Positions 1-8,296 of a stretch of DNA of 32,000 bases are shown here, piece by piece. Where the stretch lies: NCBI RefSeq assembly GCF_000025505.1, contig NC_013849.1, forward strand, positions 810,001 to 842,000, given 5' to 3'. The translations under genes were made by a program, and so were the position numbers. Below the pieces are notes generated by a model. It was not told the DNA's origin and ran no database searches. It saw only the letters and a program-made list of their open reading frames with translations. The stretch's first letter is position 1. Every line of letters begins with the position of its first letter. Origin of the DNA: Ferroglobus placidus DSM 10642. GTDB lineage: Archaea > Halobacteriota > Archaeoglobi > Archaeoglobales > Archaeoglobaceae.

Positions 1-2
1 AG

Positions 3-140
3 GGAAAAGACAGAGCTGTGATAATTTCGGCTATAGACAACCTCGTGAAGGGGGCGAGCGGACAAGCGGTTCAGAACATGAACGTCATGTTCGGGCTGGA
101 GGAGGATGAGGGTTTGAATTACCCGCCGCTGTTCCCATGA
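3..140 (+). CDS. argC: N-acetyl-gamma-glutamyl-phosphate reductase, C-terminal end only (gene enters from left edge)
   Basis: Manual translation of the open frame ending in TGA at 138-140: [45 protein letters not shown], matching the conserved ArgC C-terminus ([16 protein letters not shown]...G). Confidence 0.93.
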   Translation, partial: GKDRAVIISAIDNLVKGASGQAVQNMNVMFGLEEDEGLNYPPLFP

Positions 141-853
141 GCTGCGAAGACGCTTTGAAGGAAATAGCCAGGAAAAAGCTCCTCTTCGGAAAAGATCTCG
201 TGAAGAAAGTGGTGGAGTGCGAGGATGCTCCAGAGCTTGTGGTGAAACTCGCCGACGAGCTTGATGAGATCAGCGATGGATGGTTTTCCGTTCACGCGAT
301 CTTCATACTCTCGATAATCGGAAACGACAGAGCTTTCGAAGCTCTGAAGCACATAGTGTCGACGAGAGACCTCGGAGACTTTACAGTCGAGGACTTACCC
401 TACTTGTTCGCGAGGTTTGAAGGAAAAGCGAGTGAGCTGAAGGAGATCGTGGAAAACGAGAATTTCGACGTTTTCGTAAGACTCGCGGCTTTCAAGGCTT
501 TAATGCATTTAAGTAGGGAAGACGCCGAACTCGTTGCGGAGAAACTCCTCGAAGAAGTAAAAAAGAAAAAGGACGAGAGCTGCGTCTTTCTCATGTACAT
601 TTCAGCTCTCGGAGGGAAGTTCAGGGAGGAGTGTTTAAAGCTCGCCGAGGATTGCGAAATTCACCCAGAAGATCTTCTAACTGAACTCGATTTCAGACTC
701 GAAGATCCCTGGGAGCACTTCAGCCCCGAAAGCCTTCTGAGGCTTTACAAAATCAACTACGGGAAGCTAAACTTCGATAAATACGCTCCGTGTTTTTGCG
801 GCTCGGGAAAGAAGTTCAAGTTCTGCTGCTACGAAGTCTGGAAGAGGATATAG
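137..853 (+). CDS. SEC-C motif protein with helical (HEAT-like) N-terminal region
   Basis: C-terminal [15 protein letters not shown] fits the SEC-C zinc motif CxCx8CC; ATGA overlap with argC. Confidence 0.8.
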   Translation: MSCEDALKEIARKKLLFGKDLVKKVVECEDAPELVVKLADELDEISDGWFSVHAIFILSIIGNDRAFEALKHIVSTRDLGDFTVEDLPYLFARFEGKASELKEIVENENFDVFVRLAAFKALMHLSREDAELVAEKLLEEVKKKKDESCVFLMYISALGGKFREECLKLAEDCEIHPEDLLTELDFRLEDPWEHFSPESLLRLYKINYGKLNFDKYAPCFCGSGKKFKFCCYEVWKRI

Positions 854-857
854 AAGG

Positions 858-1940
858 CTATCCGGACTCGATTCTTTCGAGCAGCTCTTTAGGAAGAAAG
901 CTCTTAACGAACTCGTAAACTTTTGGAGAAACCCAGACCACTCTTTTCCATCCACCTTCCCCCTTCAAAAAGCTTGGAGATTTTAGATAAGCGAAGCTAA
1001 CTCCAGCAAACCCCTCCACTTGCCAACCAGCTATCAATTTCTCCATCTCTTCGAAAGTCAAGCCGACGGGAGTCTTCTTTTTGTACTCTCTGTCCACGAT
1101 TCCAAAGCCGTCTTTTTCCGGAATGTAGAAAACTATGGTTTCGGCAAAATTTCCGGCTAAAGGAGGATTTTCGAGAACTCTGTGAAGCTTTACTCTCTCG
1201 ACTTTTCCTTCCGTCATTTCTTTCACAGCCTCGTTAACTCCCGAGTACTCCCCTTCTTTCTCGCTGATCACCTCTCCCTTCTCTATGGGAAAGTAGTACT
1301 CCACGACCTTCAGCTCTTCAGCATTCCTAGCCTCTGCATAAGTCGTTCCGCAAGGCGAAGGTCTTTCCGGAGTTATCACGCAGACGTGGTTCGGCAGGTA
1401 AACCTGACAAGATTTGCAGCCGTAAAATCTATCAACGCTTATCTCTTTCAGCTCTCTTAACCTTTCCTCTCTCTTTTTATGAATTTCCTCAGCCCTTTTC
1501 TTCAACTTCTCGAATTCTTCCCTCTCGCAAACTATTCTGACTTTAACCGATTTTACAGCGGGAATAGACTTTACTGCTTCGTAAATAACTTTAGCGACGC
1601 ACTCCGCCGAAAACTTCTCTTCAGCTTCTTTGGAAATTTTTATCAAAGCCCTCTCCTTTCTGAAGGAGTAAGATACACCCTTCATCCTGTTTATCACTTC
1701 TCCAAAGAGACTCTCTATTGCTGAAGCCGCATCGTCGCTTATTCCGGAAACGAGAACGTGAATTCCCATCACGTCACCAAGCTCACCCAATACTTCGATC
1801 CCATCCCCCTCTCCGACTTCGACGAGCTCCACGACTCTGATCTCCTTTCCCTCAACTCTCTCTCCGGAAAAAAGTTCGCTCATCTCCAAGCAATCAGCTT
1901 TCACGTCTATTTTCTCCGGATCTATGTAGCGGTGGATCAT
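858..1940 (-). CDS. CdhC-like protein (CO dehydrogenase/acetyl-CoA synthase beta subunit paralog), 360 aa
   Basis: FYGCKSCQVYLPNHVCVITPERPSPCG, GEYSGVNEAVKE, FYIPEKDGFGIVDREYKKKTPVGL, WQVEGFAGVSFAYLKSPSFLKGEGGWKRVVWVS all match CdhC/AcsB A-cluster domain segments; the CGC motif is absent. Confidence 0.88.
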   Translation of the reverse strand: MIHRYIDPEKIDVKADCLEMSELFSGERVEGKEIRVVELVEVGEGDGIEVLGELGDVMGIHVLVSGISDDAASAIESLFGEVINRMKGVSYSFRKERALIKISKEAEEKFSAECVAKVIYEAVKSIPAVKSVKVRIVCEREEFEKLKKRAEEIHKKREERLRELKEISVDRFYGCKSCQVYLPNHVCVITPERPSPCGTTYAEARNAEELKVVEYYFPIEKGEVISEKEGEYSGVNEAVKEMTEGKVERVKLHRVLENPPLAGNFAETIVFYIPEKDGFGIVDREYKKKTPVGLTFEEMEKLIAGWQVEGFAGVSFAYLKSPSFLKGEGGWKRVVWVSPKVYEFVKSFLPKELLERIESG

Positions 1941-2057
1941 TTCCAGTTGCTCCTATCCTCTGAAAATGAAAGTTGCGGAAGTCGTTAATACTCTCAATAA
2001 AAATAAAAACGAACAAATCAAAAATTTATTTGTAAAGTTACGGAGAAAAATGAAATC

Positions 2058-3908
2058 ATGAGAAAAATTTTGATCTTATTCTTGCTGATCTTTTTGGCTG
2101 GATGCGTGCAAGAAAAGTCCGAGAAGATCGCCAAGTTCAGTTCGGAGGAGGAAATGAAGTCCTACTTAATCGAATCCGGAAAAAGATCGTACGCTTCTCC
2201 CTTCTTTTTTGGAGTAAGAACAGAAGTTATCGTCAGAGAGTCTTTAGCTATTCCAACTCCCGTTCCAACTCCGATGCCAATTCCGACAGCCACACCCGCT
2301 CTGGAAAAAGCCTACGACGTGAGGTTTTCGACGACCAACGTTCAGGTGAAGGGAATAGACGAACCGGACATCGTGAAAACGGACGGAGAGAACATCTACC
2401 TCTCGCAGATAACGTACTTCATTCCCATAAGAATTCTCCCGGAGTCAAAGAAAGTGCTTCCCGAGAGGGGATTCACGAAAGCCATCAAGGCTTACCCTCC
2501 AGAAGAAATGGAAGAAAAATTCGAGCTGAAAGAGGGAGGAGAGCTTTTAGTTGCCAACAACACGCTGATAGTTCTGAAGAGAGACGAGATTCTCGCTTTC
2601 GATAAGAATAGCGGCGAGAAAGTCTGGGAGATGAAGCTGAAATGGGATTACGTCACTGCAAGGCTTTACGACAAACTGTACATCGTGACGAGAAGTCCAG
2701 TCAGCGTTTACAGGCCCTGCCCGATTGAAATAGCTGAGGTAAACGACGAACCGTTAGTTGTGAGGTGCGTGGACGTCTACCACCCGATAGAGCCAGTTCC
2801 GGCTGAAGTTACTTACACGATCATGAAAATCGATCCCGAAAGCGGAGAAGTGGTCGATAAGGTTTCACTTTTGGGATCTTACGGCTCTGTCGTTTACATG
2901 TCCGAAAAAGCGATCTACGTCAGCTACGCTAAAGCGAAAGATCCTGCTGAAATCATGTTCGAGTTCGTGAAAGCGAACGAAGACCTCTTTCCGAAGGAGG
3001 TTGTCGAGAGGATAGAGAAGCTAAAAAGCTACGACATCAGCAACAGAGCGAAGTCCGTGGAAATTCAGCAGATAATCGACAGCTACCTTTACTCCCTCGA
3101 CAGAGACGAGAGACTGAAGTTCGAGAAGGAGATGTGGAATCGCTACGAGAAATTCAGAGAGGAGAAGAAGAGAGAGTTCGAGAAGACCGAAATCGTTAAG
3201 ATTTCCCTGGAGCTTGAGCCAGTCGCCGTGGGAGAGGTGCCGGGAAGGTTGCTCAACCAGTTCTCGATGGACGAATACGAGGGTTACCTGAGGGTTGCAA
3301 CGACTTTCGGAGACGAGAACGACCTCTACGTTTTGGACGAAGATCTGAACGTCGTGGGCTCGATAACGGGTTTCGGAAAGACGGAGAGAATCTACGCTGT
3401 CAGATTTATAGCTGACAGAGGCTACATAGTGACGTTCAGGCAGATCGATCCCTTCTTCGTAATAGACCTCAGCAATCCGAGAAAGCCGGAGATAAAAGGA
3501 GTGCTGAAAATTCCGGGCTTTTCGTCGTACTTGCATCCGATCACCGATCATTTAATACTCGGAATAGGGAAAGAGGGTAGCTACGTGAAAATTTCCCTCT
3601 TCGACGTTAGTAATGCCGAAAATCCGGAGGAAGTGGACAAGTTCGTGCTCAAAGAGGTGTGGAGCGAAGTTTTAAGCAACCACCACGCATTTTTGCTCGA
3701 CAGCAAGCACAAGGTTTTCTTCCTTCCAGCCGAAAAGAACGGTTACGTTTTCAGCTACGAAGGAAACGAGCTGAAGTTGATAAAAGCCGTTGAGGCTTTT
3801 GCGGTCAGAGCGATCTACATAGACGACTACCTCTACATCGTGGGAGACAAAATCGTAGTTTTCGACGAAAACAGCTGGGAGAAGGTGAAGGAGTTCGAAT
3901 TCGAGTAA
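2058..3908 (+). CDS. Predicted lipoprotein with beta-propeller domain
   Basis: Signal/lipobox LLIFLAGC, then a P/T-rich linker and a long protein with propeller-type repeats (e.g. VKGIDEPDIVKTDGENIYLSQ) typical of the archaeal beta-propeller domain family. Confidence 0.8.
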   Translation: MRKILILFLLIFLAGCVQEKSEKIAKFSSEEEMKSYLIESGKRSYASPFFFGVRTEVIVRESLAIPTPVPTPMPIPTATPALEKAYDVRFSTTNVQVKGIDEPDIVKTDGENIYLSQITYFIPIRILPESKKVLPERGFTKAIKAYPPEEMEEKFELKEGGELLVANNTLIVLKRDEILAFDKNSGEKVWEMKLKWDYVTARLYDKLYIVTRSPVSVYRPCPIEIAEVNDEPLVVRCVDVYHPIEPVPAEVTYTIMKIDPESGEVVDKVSLLGSYGSVVYMSEKAIYVSYAKAKDPAEIMFEFVKANEDLFPKEVVERIEKLKSYDISNRAKSVEIQQIIDSYLYSLDRDERLKFEKEMWNRYEKFREEKKREFEKTEIVKISLELEPVAVGEVPGRLLNQFSMDEYEGYLRVATTFGDENDLYVLDEDLNVVGSITGFGKTERIYAVRFIADRGYIVTFRQIDPFFVIDLSNPRKPEIKGVLKIPGFSSYLHPITDHLILGIGKEGSYVKISLFDVSNAENPEEVDKFVLKEVWSEVLSNHHAFLLDSKHKVFFLPAEKNGYVFSYEGNELKLIKAVEAFAVRAIYIDDYLYIVGDKIVVFDENSWEKVKEFEFE

Positions 3909-3940
3909 TTTTTAAATACAATATTTTTAAAGGTGATGGC

Positions 3941-4444
3941 ATGAAACTTAAACATGCAATCTGGACTTTAATTCTCGGAGCTGTTTCGGGATTTTCGACT
4001 TTCGCGATCCTCAACTCCTTCGAGGAGATAAGGAGGTTTTCAACCTTTTTACTCCTCGCCCTCCTCACAAGCTTGCTTTTCTCGGCAGCATACAGTAGAG
4101 CGGTGAAAAAGCTGAAAAATCTGAGATTTTTTATCCCCTTCACCCTCGCAACTTTTCTCGTTTCCGTTTTCACGTTCACGCTCTACCTCGGCTTCGCTTT
4201 AATGCAGGAGCAGGCTGCATTTCTGCACGTTAGAAAAGTCGCTCTCTCAAGCGACTGCGCTTTGCTTTCTGAGGAAGATCTCGAAAATTACGACGTGCTA
4301 AGAAGAGCGTTGAAATCAGCTGAAATTAGCGGAAGTGCGATGATCAAAATTTCTCCGGAAGAGTTGAAAAAGCTGAGCAAATACTACGGCAAATGCGTAA
4401 TCTACAACGGAAGCGCTTACGAGATAAACGTGGCGGTGACGTGA
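3941..4444 (+). CDS. Hypothetical membrane protein
   Basis: 167-aa ORF, three hydrophobic segments near the N-terminus, good spacing with neighbours. Confidence 0.65.
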   Translation: MKLKHAIWTLILGAVSGFSTFAILNSFEEIRRFSTFLLLALLTSLLFSAAYSRAVKKLKNLRFFIPFTLATFLVSVFTFTLYLGFALMQEQAAFLHVRKVALSSDCALLSEEDLENYDVLRRALKSAEISGSAMIKISPEELKKLSKYYGKCVIYNGSAYEINVAVT

Positions 4445-4711
4445 ATGGACGAGAACTTCATTCAAGGTTTCGTTGTAGTTCTGCTGATCTTTGCACTCTG
4501 GATTCTCCTCGCGTTCTTACCGACGAGAGATCTAAACGAAAGCGTGAAGAAAAGAACGAGGGATCTTATAATCGTGGGTTTAATCCTCTGGCTCTCTCCG
4601 GATTTGAAATCAGCCGGAGCTTTCGTCTTCTTCTACGGATACGCTCTGCTCCTATACGAGAAGTATCAAAAAGGGAGAAAAGAAGTAGATAATTCGGAAA
4701 AGAAATTATAA
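4445..4711 (+). CDS. Hypothetical small membrane protein
   Basis: 88-aa ORF immediately after the upstream stop codon, two to three hydrophobic segments. Confidence 0.6.
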   Translation: MDENFIQGFVVVLLIFALWILLAFLPTRDLNESVKKRTRDLIIVGLILWLSPDLKSAGAFVFFYGYALLLYEKYQKGRKEVDNSEKKL

Positions 4712-4754
4712 AAACTAACGTTTCCAAATCTTTTATATTTAGTCCCAAGAAAGA

Positions 4755-5405
4755 ATGGGCGTGAGAATCGCTCTCGACAGGAAGGTTCTCTTTCTCCTTT
4801 CCTCGGAAACTCGGATAGAGATACTGAAAAAGCTTGACGAGAGGAGAATGACTCTAAGCGAGCTATCGAGGGCTTTGAATTTATCCAAGACGACAGTCAA
4901 GGAGCACTTAAACAAACTTCTTGAGGCTGGCTTGGTAAGGCGAGTTGAAGAAGGAAGAAAGTGGATTTACTACGAACTCACTCCAGAAGGTAGAATAATT
5001 CTTCATCCAGAGAAGGTTCCTATGAAGACCATCCTTTCAACGCTCTTGGCAGTAGCTTCGATGCTCGTTGGTGTTTACGAACTGCTTAGGTTTAAAGCGT
5101 ACAAGGTCGAAAAGGCTTTCGACGTGGCGGTGAAGAAAGTTCCCACGCCTTTGCCGGAAAAGGCTCCCGTGCCAGCTCCAGCTAAAGCACCAACGCCGAT
5201 GCCGGTTCCAACGAAAACGCCGACGCCAGTGGCGATTCCCTCTCCCACTCCAGTAACTCCGCGACCTGAAATTGCGAAGAAAGTTCCGGCAATAACAGAG
5301 GCTGCGAAACCGCTCGTCGGAATTGACTTTCACTTCTACCTCGGCTTAGCTTTGATCTTCGTCGGAGTTGCTTTAATCGTTTACGTCGCGATAAAGCTCA
5401 GGTAA
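4755..5405 (+). CDS. Membrane-associated winged-helix (ArsR-like) transcriptional regulator with Pro/Thr-rich linker
   Basis: N-terminal RIEILKKLDERRMTLSELSRALNLSKTTVKEHLNKLLEAGLVRRVEEGRKWIYYELT winged helix; hydrophobic segment ILSTLLAVASMLVGVY; PTP-type linker; C-terminal hydrophobic FYLGLALIFVGVALIVYVAI. Confidence 0.85.
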   Translation: MGVRIALDRKVLFLLSSETRIEILKKLDERRMTLSELSRALNLSKTTVKEHLNKLLEAGLVRRVEEGRKWIYYELTPEGRIILHPEKVPMKTILSTLLAVASMLVGVYELLRFKAYKVEKAFDVAVKKVPTPLPEKAPVPAPAKAPTPMPVPTKTPTPVAIPSPTPVTPRPEIAKKVPAITEAAKPLVGIDFHFYLGLALIFVGVALIVYVAIKLR

Positions 5406-6528
5406 CCACTTCGCCCAACCTTCCGAGCTGCCAGGCTTTTTTAATTTCCATCATCGTTAAGTCGAGGGGATCTTCAATTCTAACTCCGTGTTTTAGCGAT
5501 AAATTTCTCATCTCCGGAGAAGTAGGACCTATAGCCGGATCCCCGGGAACTCTCAACGAGACGTCGAAAACCACGAATTCGAGCTTTGTATCGTCTTCCG
5601 GCGAGTAAGCCACAGCCCCCTGCAAACCGAACAGTCCTATGATTCCCGGCGGATACTCCTCTTCGCATGCTCTAATGAACTTCTCTCCAGCCTCGTAAAC
5701 CATCTCCTGCTTGCTCTCCCTCATCGTCACGCCAAAATGTCCTATCTCTTCGTTCTTCACGGGAACGTTTATTTTCAGCTGATCTTTAGCCGGCAAATTC
5801 AGGAAACCTTGCAAATTAACCTGCCTTCTGTCCGAAAAACCGACGAAGTCGAAGTCGCCGAAAACGTCTTTCAAAGCGTAGCTGTGGAAGTTAGCGTTGA
5901 ATCTCGCTCCGAGAACGTACTCCTCTATCCTCGCTTTTTTCAATCCCTCTTCATTAATTACTCCAGCTTTGATCAACTCCTCGGCTTGCCTGTAGTAATC
6001 TTCTGGAGAGGAGGCGTAAAAGAAAGCTCTCTCGAGAGGATTTTTGGCTTGTTGAACTTTCACGACCACGAGCCTATCTATCTCCTCCGGCGATTCGAAC
6101 TTCTTCGGAAATCTTATTCCGGCTTTTTCGAGCAGGTAGTACTGCCCCTTCGGATTGTCCCTCTCTTCAGCTCGAAGCAAATACCTGTTCCCGTAAATCG
6201 GAACTCTGAATTCGTTCTCGATCCCCTCGTAGCCCACGTAGACCGCGAAGCTTCTGTTTGGAATGAAGATTACGTTCTCTTCTATCAGCTTCTCCTGAAC
6301 TTCTTCGTTGAGCATGTCTTTAAATCTGTCCAGAACTATCACTTCATCGTAGAGGTGGCGGTTGTACTTCGTGTAGAGCTTATCCCTTCCCTTCTGAACG
6401 ACAATAACGGTCTTGAATCCGAACGATTTGGCAGCCATTCCTATTTCCTTAGCCGAATGCGACCCGAAAATTCCAATAGAAACGCTGTCGTAACTTTCAG
6501 CTATTTTTTTTGCCTTTTCGCTTATCAT
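5398..6528 (-). CDS. purP: 5-formaminoimidazole-4-carboxamide-1-beta-D-ribofuranosyl 5'-monophosphate synthetase (PurP)
   Basis: SVGIFGSHSAKEIG N-terminus, VPNRSFAVYVGYEGIE-like segment (IPNRSFAVYVGYEGIENEFRVPIYGNRYLLRAEER), C-terminal GDPAIGPTSPEMRNLSLKHG. Confidence 0.92.
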   Translation of the reverse strand: MISEKAKKIAESYDSVSIGIFGSHSAKEIGMAAKSFGFKTVIVVQKGRDKLYTKYNRHLYDEVIVLDRFKDMLNEEVQEKLIEENVIFIPNRSFAVYVGYEGIENEFRVPIYGNRYLLRAEERDNPKGQYYLLEKAGIRFPKKFESPEEIDRLVVVKVQQAKNPLERAFFYASSPEDYYRQAEELIKAGVINEEGLKKARIEEYVLGARFNANFHSYALKDVFGDFDFVGFSDRRQVNLQGFLNLPAKDQLKINVPVKNEEIGHFGVTMRESKQEMVYEAGEKFIRACEEEYPPGIIGLFGLQGAVAYSPEDDTKLEFVVFDVSLRVPGDPAIGPTSPEMRNLSLKHGVRIEDPLDLTMMEIKKAWQLGRLGEVVT

Positions 6529-7928
6529 TCTCCCACCCTCCTCAGAATGCTTTCGGCAGCGATCAACCCCGTTACGGCAGCCCCTACTATTCCTCTGCTT
6601 ATTCCAGCTCCGTCTCCTATAGCGTAAACTCCTTTGATGTTGGTTTCCATTTCCGAGTTGACTTTAAGCTTCAAGGAGTAAAACTTTATCTCCGGAGCGT
6701 AGAGGAGAGTTGAGTCGTCAGCAACTCCCGGAATAACTTTGTCGAGCTGCTCCAACGCATCTATTATGTCGTCAACGACTCTGCCGGGGTAAGCCAAGCT
6801 TATGTCTCCGGGCACAGCCGTTTTCAAAGTTGGCTGGACGAGGCGGTTGTTCTTTATCCTCGTCTCAGTGCTTCTTCTTCCGAGCCTGAGATCTTTCAGC
6901 CTCTGAACTATCGGATTCCCTCCGCCGAGCTTGGTAGTTATTTTAGCCAGATCCCTCCCCCAGTCGTTCGGAAATTCGAAAGGCTCAGTAAATCGGTAGT
7001 GTCCGAGCAAAGCGAAGTTGGTGTTGTTCGTCTTCTCGTTAGCTTTGCTGTGTCCGTTAACCAAGCAGAACTCCCCGTAATCCTCTCTTATAACCCACCC
7101 CTTGGGACAGGTGCAGAACGTTCTCATGTAGTCGTCGTGCTTTTTCGTGACAACTCTGAGCTTGGGGTCGTAGATTATCGACGTTATCTCCTCCATTATG
7201 CTCGCCGGAACCTCTACTCTAACTCCCACGTCTATAGCTTTCTCATCCTCGGCTATTACAAATCCGTACTTCTTCGTCCACTCCTCCAAGTAGCTCGCAC
7301 CACCCCTTCCGACACCTATTATGAGGAAATCGTAAGCGTACTTATCTCCCTTATCGGTAGTGATTACTCTATTCTTCGGATCTATGTCCACGACAGCCGT
7401 GTTCGTGTAAATTTCGACACCGTTCTTCTTCAGCTTATCCTCTATGTTTTTTATCACCTTAGGCAGCTCATCACTCCCTACGTGCCTCTGCCTTAATGGA
7501 ACGAACTCTATTCCAGCAGAGTTCGCTTTTCTCATTAGCTCAACTATCTTCTCCTCATCCGTTCCGTAAAGCTCATCCGGAGCACCTGCTTCGAGAAAAA
7601 TCCTGTCGACTTCTTCCATTTTTTCTATAAGTTCGTTTTCGTCGATCAATCCGAGAAAATCTCCTCCGACGGTGAAGCTTGAAGGATAATTGGGATTCAC
7701 GTAGTTGAGTTTTCCGTCCGAGAGTCCTCCCGCCCCTCCAACTCCGTAGGTTATATTGCAAGGGTTACACTTCAGACAAAAGCTTTCAGCGAGGTTGCTG
7801 GGACATTTTCTATACTCTATGCTCCTTCCAAGTTCGAAAACAGCCACTTTCAGCTTTCCAGCTAACTTGTAAGCGGCAAATAGACCCCCGGGACCCGCTC
7901 CAATTATGATTACATCGTACCTTTTCAT
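6525..7928 (-). CDS. FAD-dependent oxidoreductase (NAD(P)/FAD-binding family)
   Basis: N-terminal Rossmann motif VIIIGAGPGGLFAAYKLA; C-terminal VYAIGDGAGISRGIVGAAVTG; CxxC...C cluster near residue 50. Confidence 0.88.
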   Translation of the reverse strand: MKRYDVIIIGAGPGGLFAAYKLAGKLKVAVFELGRSIEYRKCPSNLAESFCLKCNPCNITYGVGGAGGLSDGKLNYVNPNYPSSFTVGGDFLGLIDENELIEKMEEVDRIFLEAGAPDELYGTDEEKIVELMRKANSAGIEFVPLRQRHVGSDELPKVIKNIEDKLKKNGVEIYTNTAVVDIDPKNRVITTDKGDKYAYDFLIIGVGRGGASYLEEWTKKYGFVIAEDEKAIDVGVRVEVPASIMEEITSIIYDPKLRVVTKKHDDYMRTFCTCPKGWVIREDYGEFCLVNGHSKANEKTNNTNFALLGHYRFTEPFEFPNDWGRDLAKITTKLGGGNPIVQRLKDLRLGRRSTETRIKNNRLVQPTLKTAVPGDISLAYPGRVVDDIIDALEQLDKVIPGVADDSTLLYAPEIKFYSLKLKVNSEMETNIKGVYAIGDGAGISRGIVGAAVTGLIAAESILRRVGE

Positions 7929-8013
7929 ACATTTGTCGGCTCTTCTGCTATGGTGTATTTAACTATTTTGTAAGCGATAGCCATACAAATTCGTCTTTCC
8001 ACAGATCGAAAGG

Positions 8014-8288
8014 ATGGCAGAAAGAAGCTTGGATTGGATTCGTCAAGCAAGAAGAGACGTTGAAATGGCTGAATATGCTACGAAAAGTGGATTCTACGAA
8101 TGTCCTGCTTTGCCGCTCAGCAAGCTGCCGAAAAAGCGGTAAAGGCTGTGTTTCAGAAATTGGGTGCTCAGGCTTGGGGAATTCAGTTTACGAGCTGCTA
8201 AAAATACTCGCGAAAAAGTTGAAGTTCCAAATATTACATTCCAACCCGATATCCAAACGAGTTTGAAAAAGGAAGTCCTTACGAATAA
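8014..8288 (+). pseudogene. HEPN-domain protein (HEPN/MNT type), frameshifted remnant
   Basis: Conserved HEPN family segments recovered in different frames: MAERSLDWIRQARRDVEMAEYATKSGFYE, then CFAAQQAAEKAVKAVFQKLGAQAWG, then NSVYELLKILAKKLK, then YIPTRYPNEFEKGSPYE*. Confidence 0.82.
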
Positions 8289-8296
8289 TTGAGAGT

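Noticed and set aside
2102-3551. ORFs 2102..2605 (+) and 3021..3551 (-) inside the beta-propeller lipoprotein gene
   Set aside because: Entirely nested in a well-supported CDS in another frame or strand; compositions are arginine-rich or low in family-like signal, as expected for shadow ORFs.
8060-8266. ORF 8060..8266 as an independent 68-aa gene
   Set aside because: It only captures one frame of the broken HEPN remnant; the conserved residues are spread over several frames.
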